Positions 1-11,800 of a DNA stretch of 32,000 nt are shown here, in pieces. This DNA comes from Candidatus Saccharimonadota bacterium (lineage in GTDB: Bacteria > Pseudomonadota > Gammaproteobacteria > Burkholderiales > Burkholderiaceae): contig NZ_AP023215.1 of the NCBI RefSeq assembly GCF_016593155.1, positions 150,001 to 182,000 of the forward strand, read 5' to 3'. Position 1 is the first letter of the stretch; each line of letters opens with the position of its first letter. The notes beneath the pieces were generated by a model. It ran no database searches and was not told the origin of the DNA. It worked only from the letters and a program-made list of their open reading frames with translations. Both the position numbers and the translations under genes were made by a program.

Positions 1-2790
1 AGCAACCATATCTTTTTTATTTTTTAAGTCATTAAATAAATCTAACTCCCTTTGTAAAGGAATTATTTTTTTTTTATAAAAAAAATTTAATTGAAATAAT
101 AAATTATCACGATTAAAAATAACTAACGCTAAACGACAACTCATTGCTTGACGCCCTTTTTGTAATTGAAGAGTTAAGTCTCTTAACGAAATATTTAAAT
201 TTTCTTTATTATTTAACCATTCTATATATTTCTTAACATAAATAAGTAATTGTAATTTAGTTTTAGCTGATAAAACAAAAATTAAAGGTGATGTAAAATT
301 TGTGGAATTAATAGAAATATTATTTATTATTTTATTATTTATTTTAATATTATATTCAGATAATACTACATGCGCATTAGTTCCCCCTGAACCAAAACTA
401 CTAATACCAGCCATACGCAGTCTATTTTCATATCTTGGTTTTACCCAATCTTGAAAATGATCAATAACATATAAATGACTATCATCTAATTTTATATTAT
501 TATTTAAATTATAAAAATTTAATGAAGCAGGAAGTTTTTTATTTTTAAGACATAAAATAACTTTTAATATACTAGTAATTCCAGCAGCAGCTTCTAAATG
601 CCCCAAATTAGTTTTTACTGACCCCAGCCCACATTTTTCATAAAAATTTTTTATATTTTTTTCATATGAAAAAATACTATGAAATGCATTTTTTAATCCC
701 TGTATTTCAATTGGATCACCTAATTTTGTACCAGTTCCATGACACTCAATATATCCCAATGAACGCACATCAATATTTGATGTATTCCAAGCCTTTTGAA
801 GAAGATACGATTGTTGTATTGGATTAGGAGCAGTTAAACCATTTGATTGACCATTATGAGTGCTGGCGGATCCTTTAATAATAGCATATATATTATCATT
901 ATCTTTTAATGCAACAGAAAGAGATTTCAACATTAACATTACAGCGCCTTCTCCACGAACATAACCATCAGCATTTTTATCAAAAGTTTTACAAATTCCA
1001 TCTCTAGATAACATACCGGCTTTATAATAAGCAATAGTATTAAATGGGTGAAGAATTAAATTAATTCCACCAACAAGTGCCTGTGAAGATTCACCATTTT
1101 TAATTGATTGAAGTGCCGCATGTACTGCTACTAAAGAACTAGAACAAGCGGTATCTATTAACAAACTAGGTCCAGTAAAATTATAAAAATAAGAAATACG
1201 ATTAGCTAATACCGCCATAGAATTACCAGTACAATAATGCGCATTAATAGGAATTTTAATATAATCACTTAATAATCGTGTATAATCAGATCCACTGGCT
1301 CCTATAAAAACACCTGTATTACTACCTGATAATTCATTAGAATTATAACCAGCATCTTCTATTGTTTTCCAGGAAAGTTCCAATAAAATTCTTTGTTGAG
1401 GATCCATTGATTTCGCTTCTATTGGAGAAATTCTAAAAAAAGGTGCATCAAAATACTCTATATCCTTTAAAAATGCTCCAAAATTAATACCTTTATGTTT
1501 ATTTTTAATATCAATTTCTATGGGCCATATCCAGCGATTTTCATGTAATTCCTCAATAACAGATGAACCTTTTTTTAATATTTTCCAAAATTTACTTAAC
1601 GTATTAATACCCCCTGGTAAATGACATGCCAATCCAATAATTGCAATATCTTTATTTAAATTATTGAGAGAATTATTATCTATATTTTTAAAATTTTTTC
1701 CTAACAAATAAGATTTATTATTTTTTTTAAAAACATCTATATTATTAATTTTATTATAAAAATAAAAAATTATCTTATTAACAGTATTATTATAAAATAA
1801 AAAAGTTGAATCAATATTTAATTGATAATGCGAAGATAAATTTTTATTTAAAAATAATAAATCTGATGAATCTAAACCCATATCCATTAATGGCGTATCA
1901 ATAGAAAAAAATTTTTTAAATTCAAATGACAAACATTCATATACAATTTTTTTTATATAAGTAGAAATTTCCTCTAAATTATATTTATTATTTTTTTTTA
2001 CTTTTGTTTTATTATTTATATCAATACATTTTCTATTTTTTATATCATAATTAATAAGAACACCATAACCATTATTTTTATAATCAAATGGTCGATAATT
2101 AGGTATTAATTTTTTAATAATCGCCCCGTGTGATTCATGAAAATATAAAATTGGATCAATTAACATACCATAAATATTACGTTTCTTAATATATTCTGAT
2201 AATGATAAATTATCTAATTTATTAAAATTTTTACATAAAGTAATTGCAATTACTAAATTTATTTTAGTCTGTAAACTATAATAAATTAATATAAATTCTA
2301 ATAATTGATCTCCTAAATTTTGTTGCTGCATATCTGGAAAAATATTAATCGCTAATAATTGAGCTATTGAACCATGAATATTATGTAATGTATCTACCGT
2401 TGTTATATTATGATTTTCTAATTCTTTAACAGATTTAATTAATTGAGAATAAATCACCCCAGATATTTTATTATTAATTAATAGTACTAATTGTCCTTTA
2501 GGATAATTACAAATACGATTTTTTATTATAATTTCAGGAGTACGTAATAATTTTTTCCAACAAGATTTCTCTAATTTAATTAATTCTGGAATATCTTCCA
2601 ATAAAGCTGTACGAATACAATATGGCTTATATTTCAAATTAAATAATATGTAATTTTTTATAGATTTTATATCTAATAAATTTTTAGGTGGCTGATGAGT
2701 TATAAACAAACCAATTTTAGCTGCTTCTAAAAAACATTTTTCTAAAGAATTTTCGTTTTTTTTAAAAAAATTTTCTAATATTTTATGCAT
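1..2790 (-). CDS. trans-AT polyketide synthase, 5' portion (GNAT loading domain - ACP - KS - flanking subdomain ...). It continues past the window start. PedI/OnnB-like initiation protein.
   Basis: Absent from the supplied ORF track because no stop lies inside the window. My minus-strand translation from the ATG at 2790-2788 gave no stop in all 930 codons down to position 1; 2790-2281 was checked codon by codon and the rest read once. It starts MHKILENFFKKNENSLEKCFLEAAKIGLFITHQPP... and carries GNAT, carrier and KS motifs (see domain features). No GHSxG acyltransferase motif follows the KS. The start lies 27 nt after the stop of the upstream PKS gene. Confidence 0.9.
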   Translation of the reverse strand, partial: MHKILENFFKKNENSLEKCFLEAAKIGLFITHQPPKNLLDIKSIKNYILFNLKYKPYCIRTALLEDIPELIKLEKSCWKKLLRTPEIIIKNRICNYPKGQLVLLINNKISGVIYSQLIKSVKELENHNITTVDTLHNIHGSIAQLLAINIFPDMQQQNLGDQLLEFILIYYSLQTKINLVIAITLCKNFNKLDNLSLSEYIKKRNIYGMLIDPILYFHESHGAIIKKLIPNYRPFDYKNNGYGVLINYDIKNRKCIDINNKTKVKKNNKYNLEEISTYIKKIVYECLSFEFKKFFSIDTPLMDMGLDSSDLLFLNKNLSSHYQLNIDSTFLFYNNTVNKIIFYFYNKINNIDVFKKNNKSYLLGKNFKNIDNNSLNNLNKDIAIIGLACHLPGGINTLSKFWKILKKGSSVIEELHENRWIWPIEIDIKNKHKGINFGAFLKDIEYFDAPFFRISPIEAKSMDPQQRILLELSWKTIEDAGYNSNELSGSNTGVFIGASGSDYTRLLSDYIKIPINAHYCTGNSMAVLANRISYFYNFTGPSLLIDTACSSSLVAVHAALQSIKNGESSQALVGGINLILHPFNTIAYYKAGMLSRDGICKTFDKNADGYVRGEGAVMLMLKSLSVALKDNDNIYAIIKGSASTHNGQSNGLTAPNPIQQSYLLQKAWNTSNIDVRSLGYIECHGTGTKLGDPIEIQGLKNAFHSIFSYEKNIKNFYEKCGLGSVKTNLGHLEAAAGITSILKVILCLKNKKLPASLNFYNLNNNIKLDDSHLYVIDHFQDWVKPRYENRLRMAGISSFGSGGTNAHVVLSEYNIKINNKIINNISINSTNFTSPLIFVLSAKTKLQLLIYVKKYIEWLNNKENLNISLRDLTLQLQKGRQAMSCRLALVIFNRDNLLFQLNFFYKKKIIPLQRELDLFNDLKNKKDMVA
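352..1650 (-). other. Ketosynthase domain (KS) of the partial PKS, catalytic triad intact
   Basis: DIAIIGLACHLPG start; IDTACSSSLVAVH (Cys codon 1146-1144, aa 549); GYIECHGTGTKLGDPIE; GSVKTNLGHLEAAAG; ends GGTNAHVVLSEY. Confidence 0.9.
1750..1980 (-). other. Loading ACP of the partial PKS
   Basis: FSIDTPLMDMGLDSSDLLFLNKNL. The GxDS serine codon is at 1869-1867, in frame (aa 308). Confidence 0.8.
2060..2625 (-). other. GNAT-type (GCN5-related) loading domain of the partial PKS
   Basis: Translated motifs YCIRTALLEDIPELIKLEKSCW, QQQNLGDQLLEFIL (acetyl-CoA binding Q/RxxGxG/A-like) and IDPILYFHESHGAIIKKL. These are typical of CurA/PedI/OnnB-type GNAT loading domains that give acetyl starters. 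Confidence 0.75.
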
Positions 2791-2817
2791 TATTTTTTTA
2801 ATACTATTAATTATTTT

Positions 2818-5800
2818 TTATAATTTTTTATCAGATAATTTTTTACTGCTCTTCTTTTGAGGAGTTTTTTTATCAGATAATTTTTTACTGCTCTTCTTTT
2901 GAGGAGTTTTTTTATCAGATAATTTTTTACTGCTCTTCCTTTGAGGAGTTTTTTTATCAGATAATTTTTTACTGCTCTTCTTTTGAGGAGTTTTTTTATC
3001 AGATAATTTTTTACTGCTCTTCTTTTGAGGAGTTTTTTTATCAGATAATTTTTTACTGCTCTTCTTTTGAGGAGTTTTTTTATTTAAAAACAATAATTTA
3101 CGTAAATGAGGTAAATTACCTTGTAATATTACAATCTGATTGTAACTAGTATGCATAGCATAATAAAATATAGAAAGTATATTTTGAGTATTTAACTTTT
3201 TAATCTCAATATCTTTATAAACTAATTCTTTATTATAATTATCAATATTTATTTTATCGTTATTACACAAAGGAAAATTAATCGATAATATTCGGCCCTT
3301 AGGATTAACTTGAGATGCAATAAAACTAGACAAGGATAATTGATTTCTATACTTAGAATACATATTTATCAAAAAATTAGCAGTAGAATAATCACAACAC
3401 TTATAATTTCCAAATACCCCACTAATAGAAGAAAATAAAACCATAAAATCTAAATTTATTCCTCGGCTCGCTATATCTAAATTAATTGCACCCAAAACTT
3501 TAACTAATAAAACTTCTTCAAATTCAATAATACTCTTTTTATAAATTAAATTATTTTTAATAATTCCTGCGCAATGAAGAATACCATTTAATCCATGTTT
3601 TTTTTTAAGGTTAATCGATTTTATTAATTCCAAAATAGCTGTTTGATCTGTTACATCTATAGAATAATATTTAATTTCCGCTCCCCTTATTTTTAACGAA
3701 TTCAATTTTTCTTGTTTTAATGAATCTAATTTAGAACGCCCAATTAAAATTAATGTAACATTATTTGTTTTATTAATTATTTCCTTAGCAAAAATTAATC
3801 CTAATTTACCCATCCCCCCGGTAATAAGATAAATTCCATCATCTTTCCAAAAGAACGGAAATATATTTTTTGTTGAAGAAATTTTATCCCAATACAATAC
3901 ATATCTTTTTCCATTTAAATAACGTATATTTTGATCAAAAGGTATCAAAGCATTTTTTTGAATAATTTCTTGAATAAAATTATCTTTATTATTTTGATTC
4001 TTAATTTCAATTATTTGTCCAAAAAAATTTAAATTTTCTATATGAGCTGTTTTTAAAATACCAGAAAGAGAATGTAAAAATTTTACAGGAAAAATAATAT
4101 TTGAACATATTTTTGATTGAAAATTTTGAATTATAATTTGCAGTAATATTCGACCATTTTTATTAATTAAATTCTGTTGAATATATTCAAATATCTTAAT
4201 AGCACAATCAAAAAAATAATAATCTATTTTTTTTATTATAGAAAATAAGGATAAACAAACGACACCAGGAATCAAAATTATTTCATTTGTAAAAAAAATT
4301 ACATGCGTATCATAATTTTTTTTGTTAACAATATTATTTTTATTATTTTTATTTAATGGTAAAGAAGATATTAAGGATTCTTTCCACTTAGAAGTAGTTA
4401 TTAAAATAGAATAATTTTTAACTAAAGAGGATATTTTTATTTTAGTATCATTTTTTTTAGGAATTATTTTAGATTGACATAATGATAAAGATTTTTCTTT
4501 TTTATTTTTTTTTTTATTATTTATACTAAATAATTTTATTAATTTAGAATGATATGAAGATATAAAATAATTAGTTAAAGAATTTAATGTATTAAATTCA
4601 AAAAATAATGTTTTAGATAAAGTTCCAAATTGTTTTTCTAAAATAACATTCAACTCCATAATTGCCATCGAGTTAATTCCATAGGAATTTATATTTTCAT
4701 TAATATCCAGCTCGTCTATTGGGTATTTTAATAATGAGGAAAATATTTCTTTAAAATATTCAATAGTTTTATTATAGAGTAATTTATCAATATTTTTATC
4801 AGATTTATCTAATATTAATTCAATTGAATTATTAATATTCTTTGAATTTATTTTTTTATTATTAAAATTAATTTTATATTCTTTATCTTCAAAATTAAAT
4901 CTACTTAATATATATCCTTTAATCTGTATATGAATTACACCACGCTCATTACATAAATTAATATTTAATTTTTTTATACGTTCTTTAGTTAAATGGTTAG
5001 AAACATACTCTATATGCACCCACATTAATTTTATACAAATATTAAATATATAAATATCTTCTATAACAAATGATAAAAATAATTCCTTATCATTTTCTTC
5101 GGTAAAAATTAAGTTTAATTTATCTAAATATAAACCAATAATACATTGTAATGCTGAACCTATTATAGATGGATGTAATATATATTTCTTTAATGTTACT
5201 AACATTAATTCTGGGAGTATTAATTTTGCTAATACTTGTTTTTTAGAGACATATAATTCATAAACATTACGATAAATCGGACCATAAATTAATTTAAATT
5301 TCTTAAATAAATTATAACATTGAACTGAACTAAATTTTTGTATATTTAATTTATTTAATATTAAATTAATATCGACGTATGGTAAATTATACTTATTAGA
5401 ATTAATATAAGATATTACTCCTTGACTATGAATTTGTAATTTTGAGGAATCTAGATTATTTAATGTAGGATAACTAATAATTTTAAACTGAATAGTATTA
5501 CCAATATTTTTATTTAATTCAATTTCAATATATTTTTCTTCATTAAAAATAAAAGGATCAGACCAAATTATATTATGAAATTTTATTACATCAGAAGATT
5601 TATAAAAATTATCTTGCGCAATAACAGCTGCTGCACGAACCATCTCCAAATATACTATATTTGGTAATATTTTTCGTTCATTAATTGAATAATCTGATAA
5701 AAAAAATTCTTCCCCTGTTAAAAATGTTCTAAATTTACAGTATTTTAAAGTAGAAATATTTTCATGAACTAATGGATGTAATTTTTTTAATTTTTCCGAA

Positions 5801-8800
5801 ATTCTAGAGTCAAAATCATATATTTTTTGCTTTTTAAATATTTTTTTTATCCAATAAGATTTTTTAGAAAATGGATAACCGGGTATAGAAATTCTTTTCG
5901 GTTTCTTGGGGTATAAACATGATTCTCCATAAAGTTTTTCCCAAGAAATTTTCATTCCTAATACCCATATTTCTAATAATTTAGTTAATTTTCCACATTT
6001 CATCCATTTTTCTAAAGCCTCTTGAATTTCTTTATCATTTATAAAAATAGAAAAAATACGCTTATTTTCTTTAATTCTTCCTAAATATAATCCCTGAAAA
6101 TCATTAATTCTATCATCAATAAAAGCTTGAAGTTTTATTAAAAGTTCATCAAATGAAATTGCAGTTAACGCTAATCTATGATCCATTGGATCTCTTCCTA
6201 CCTGCAAGGTGTATGCTAATTCAAATAAATTAATATCATTCCTAATTTTTTTAAAATGATTATCAAAATTTAAAATTTTTTTCTTTTTATATTTTTTATT
6301 AATAATTGCATATAAATTAGGATAATTTAATAATATCGCATTAACAAATGATATAATTGAATGATCATTCAAAAGAATATTAAAAGAAATATCAATATTA
6401 AACTTCTTATTTAATTTTTCTAATAACATTATACCATAGATACAATCTAATCCGATTTGACTTAATTGATCATCAAAATTAATTTCTTTTTTGTTTATAT
6501 TTAAAATATCTGAAATATATTTATGCACTATATTTGATAAAAATTTACATATATTATCATGATCATAAATTTTATTTTCAATAGATATTTCATTATTTAT
6601 AGTAATAAATTTTATCAAACTAATAGCATATTCTTTTAAAGATTTTATATTTTTTGCAGAAAAAACAATTAAAGCTATAGAGCTCGATTCATATTTAAAT
6701 ACTTCTTTTTTTATAGAATATTCTTCAATAACTAAATGTGCATTAACTCCCCCAAAACCAAAAGAACTAATACCAGCCCGTCTAGGTATTTTTTTTCCAT
6801 TAATATCACGTAATCTTTTCCATTCACAGTTATTATGTAATAAATAAAATGGACTATTTTTTAATATAATATATGGATTAATTTTCTCACAATGTAAACT
6901 TTTAACTAAAGTTTTATATTTCATCTGTAATAATACTTTAATAACACCTGCAATTCCTGCTGCTAATTCCAAATGCCCAATATTAGTTTTAACAGAACCA
7001 ATTCCACAATATGCATTTTTAATAAATTTTTCAGAATTATTATTAATTTTATTTAAATCTCTAAATGCTGATTTTAAAGCATTCACCTCAATTGGATCGC
7101 CAAGCTCTGTTCCAGTTCCATGTGCTTCAATATATGAAATTGATTGAGGATTGATATTGGCACGAATATATGCATTTTTAATAACTTCAATTTGAGCTTT
7201 AGGATTTGGAGCAGTTAAAGAGCTGCTACGCCCTCCATGATTTTCTGAACTACCACAAATAACTCCATAAATATGGTCACCATCTTTTTCAGCTACACTC
7301 AATTTCTTTAAAAATAACATCCCAACACCTTCCCCGCGTACATAACCATTAGCTTTATTAGAAAATGTTTTACATCTACCGTCCTCACAAAGCATACCAG
7401 CTTTACTAAAACTAATTTGTGTTTCTGGGCTAATAATTAAATTAATACCCCCAACAATCGCTTGCTCGCAATCTTCCATTAATATTGCAGATAAAGCACG
7501 ATGAATAGCAACAAGTGAACTAGAACAAGCTGTTTCTACTGGTTCACTAGGTCCATGTAAGTTAAGAAAATAACTCATTCTATTGGGGCCAATAGAATCA
7601 ATAACACCGGTCGCACTATAACCATCAATAGTAAAATTACTATTTGCAATTAATTGACCGTATCCACTAGAAGCAGTACCAATAAATAATGCAGTTTTAC
7701 TACCAGATAAACTACCTGGAGAGTAACCAGCATCTTCTATAGCTTTCCACACATATTGCATAAGTAAACGATGCTGGGGATCCATAAGCTCTGCTTCGCG
7801 AGGAGATATATTAAAAAAAGAAGCATCAAAAAAATCAATATTATCAATAAAACCACCCCATTTAATATTTGTTTTATTAGCATCTTTTTTAGGGTCACCA
7901 TAAATATCTCTCCAATCCCATCGACTTAACGGGATTTCACTAATACAATCTGCACCAGATAATAAATTTTTCCAAAATTCATTAATATCTTGAGACATCG
8001 GAAAACAACCACTTATACCTATAATAGCAATTTTATTATCTAATAAACTATGTGATTTATTTTTTAATTTATTATCATTAATAGGTAATAATTTTTCTTT
8101 TTTTTCAATAGAATCAGTGGATAAATATAATTCTTTATCTAATTTTACGAATTTCTCTATAAATTTTGGTTTTAAATCAAATTTAAAAATAAACTTATCA
8201 TAATATTGAACACTTAATAATTCTGAGAGAGCATTAATAGTAGGGTATTCAAAAAATGTTGTTGGAGTTAATTCTAATTGATATTTTCTATTTAATCTAT
8301 TCGCGAGATCAGTAAAAGTAATTGAATCAAAACCATAATCACTTAATTGAACATCATTTTCAATATCTTTTAGTGAAAATTTCATTAATTTTGAAATATA
8401 TTTAGATAACATTTTACAAATACAATTTCTCAATTCATTATAATTTATATTATTAGAGTTAATTGCAGATGATGATTCATTTTCTTGAGATGATAATGAA
8501 TTAATAACTTTTTTATCAATATTTTCTAAATAATTTCGAATACGACTGGAGATACCGTATATTACCATTATTCTTGAAATATTTAATGTTATAACTTTAT
8601 AGAGGATATCAAGACCATGTATATTTGGCATTTCAACAATCCCACTAGTTTGTAACATTATATTTTTTATAGATTCTTGCATTTTCATGCCACCATTAGA
8701 CCAAAGTGGCCAATTAATGGAAATAGTACGACCATATCTTTGATTTCGTGAAGTTAATTTATTTCTATAATCTGAAAAAATATCTAAAAAAGAATTAGCG

Positions 8801-11800
8801 GCAGCGTAATCAGATTGTCCAGCGCTACCCAATGAACCAGAAATAGATGAAAATAATATAAAAAAATCTAAATTTAAAATTTTAGTAGCCTCATCTAAAT
8901 AAATAGTCCCGTTAACTTTTGGTTCTAATACCTTAATAAATTCAGAACTTGATTTTTTATAAACAAAATTATCCATAAGTAATCCAGCGCAATGTATAAT
9001 TCCATTAATAAAATTATATTTATGAATAATATTTTTAATAAATTCTTCTACTTCTATCTTTTTAGTAATATCTAAACAATAATATTTAATTTTAATGTTT
9101 TTTGTAGATAAATTATTGATATTTTTTCGAATCTTATCATTTAAAAACGATCTACCACATAAAACAACAACTCCTTTATTAATTTTCTGTATAATAAATT
9201 CAGTAATTAATAATCCTAGCCCCCCATTTCCTCCAGTTATTAAATATATTCCATTTTCTTTTAATGGAGAAAAAATAGCTTTTGTATAAGAAATAAAATT
9301 TAATTCTTTCCAACTAAAAACTTCACGACCAATAGAACTATAACGAATTTTATTTTTATAAACTTTACCGGTACTATTAGAATAAATTATATTAGCTATA
9401 TATTCAGATGAATATAAATTTAAAGTATCATAATCCCTTAATCCAATTAATTGACTATAAAATTTAGTATTTTCACGGCTTACAGATTGTAATAACCCTG
9501 ATAAACCATTTAAAAACATACTCTTTTCATTTTCAATAAATATTATCTGTAATAAAATATTCCCTTGTAATTTAGATCTTAAAATCTTTCTAATTTTTCT
9601 AAAAATTTGTAAAGAAATAGTGGTATAAATATTCTGAATAGACCCCTGTATACATAAATAAAAATATTTAGAAAATGGTATAATTTTTTTAATATCTTCT
9701 TTAATATTTTTTGGAAAATTATTATTAAAATCACATAATATAATAAAATGATGAGACCAAATAGAAAAATTAGAAAGATTTTTTATTTTATTTTTTTTGA
9801 TATCTATCTTGATATCCTCACGAACCCATATAGGCTTATATACTAAAGTAGTAAAATCTTTTGCAAGATTATTAATTTTTTGTGAACGAGAAGATAATCC
9901 TCTCATACAAATACAAACCTTTCCTTGTTTATCGTAAAAATCAATATCTAATTTTTGAATATTACTATTAAATAAACTATTTTCAGAGTAACGTATCCAC
10001 ACCCACATTGAAGTAGATGGCTGTGATAAAAAAAGAAAAGATTCTAACGCAAATGGTAATGAAACTATATTTTTATTATTTATTATGACTTTATTTGTTT
10101 TTTTATCAAAATCTATATAACCAAAATAAACCATAAAACCAATACAAGCCTGTAATCCTGAATCAACTAAACCTGGATGAAACATAAATTTTTTAGAATA
10201 TTTATAATTTTCCTTTATATTTTTTAGTAATTTTAATTTCGCTAATACTTGAGGAGGATTTTTTTTATTTTTTTGGGAAAAATAAATCTTTTCTAAACAT
10301 TGGTGAGTTGGTCCATAGTTGATACCCATATCATTAAACATTTGATAACAAATATTTCCTAACAAAAAATTAGTATCTAATTGTCTTTTTGTAAAATTTT
10401 CTAATAAATTATCAATATTAATGTTATTAATATCATTAATAATAGGTATATTCTTAGTAATTGCAATTCCTTGACTATGAATAATACGTTCCTTCCTTAC
10501 ATTAATATTATTTTTTTCTTGTTCACTATAAATTTGATATGAAATTTGATTATCAATTTCTTGATTCATTTTCATATGTAAAATTTTTGAACAATTTTCA
10601 TTAATAAAAAATGATTGAGCCCAAACAACATTTTTTAATTGAATAATAAATTGATTAGATATATTTTTAATTTTTATTTCCTTAATTGCCGAACAAACCA
10701 TTTCTAAATAAATTACACCTGGTAATATTTTTTTCTTCATTATTATATGATCGGCTAGAAAAAATTCTTTTCCAGTTAATTTGGCACTAAAATAATATTT
10801 CCCTAAATTCGATATACTATTTTTTGATAAATTATGTGATTTTAAATAATAATCAATATTTCTTTTATTATTTAAATTTTCAATCCAATAACTTTGTTTA
10901 GCAAAAACATATGTAGGTAACGAAACACGATATAATTTAGATTTTTTATTAGCATAAAGTTTTGACCAGTTAATAGTTATACCTTTTATCCACAATAATG
11001 CAAGTTGTTTATAATTTTTATTATTAAAATAATTATTAATATCATTATCTGATATAAAATTTTCATTTTTAACATAAAAAATATTTTTTTCTTTTTTTAT
11101 ACTACCATAATAACAAGAGATAATATTTATTAATTTTTCTTTATTTTTTATTGAAAAATAAATCTGCTCCAACTTTAAATATAATTGTGAAATAGAATTT
11201 ACAATTATAGCTAATCTTTCTGACATTGCTTCTCTTCCTACTTGTAATGTATATGCAATATCAACTAAATTTATTTCTTTTTTTTTCTCTAAAATTTTTT
11301 TTATAAAATAAAACATTTCAATAATTATATCATTTAATCTATCTATATTTTTTGCAGATAATATAATTAATACATCAGAATCAATTATTTTAAAATTAAA
11401 TTTTTTTTCTGTATGTTTAGTATATTCCTCAATAACTATATGAGCATTAGAACCGCCCGCGCCAAAAGAACTAACTCCTGCTCGACGAGGTAATTTATGA
11501 TTATTTAATATCGGAGATTTCCAAAAACAACCTTTTTGTAAAATATAAAATGGTGATTCATCTAATTCAATTATCGGATTAATATCTTCACTATGAAGAC
11601 TTTTATATAAATAATTATTACGTAAAGATAATACCGTTTTAATCACGCCAGCAATTCCAGCTGAAGTTTCTGTATGACCAATATTTGATTTTATTGAACC
11701 TAATCCGCAAAACTTAATATTTGATTTAGAAAGATTATTTATTCTAAATAATTCTTCAAACGCTATTTTTAAACCATTAACTTCAATTGGATCACCTAAT

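Noticed and set aside
4505-4515. Long homopolymer tracts inside coding regions (T x11 at 4505-4515, T x10 at 66-75), considered as sites of frameshift or transcriptional slippage
   Set aside because: All affected ORFs remain in frame through the tracts, which encode Lys/Phe-rich linkers. No pseudogenisation is evident, so only a theoretical slippage risk remains.
4895-5775. DH2* read as a pyran synthase or enoyl-isomerase variant
   Set aside because: As I recall them, both variants keep the catalytic His and alter only the Asp position. Here the His itself is Tyr, so neither assignment is supported.
9095-9289. 64-aa plus-strand ORF
   Set aside because: It lies entirely antisense to the KR1 Rossmann region of the 3509-aa PKS. 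The sequence is low-complexity with no motifs, so it is a shadow ORF of an AT-rich coding region.
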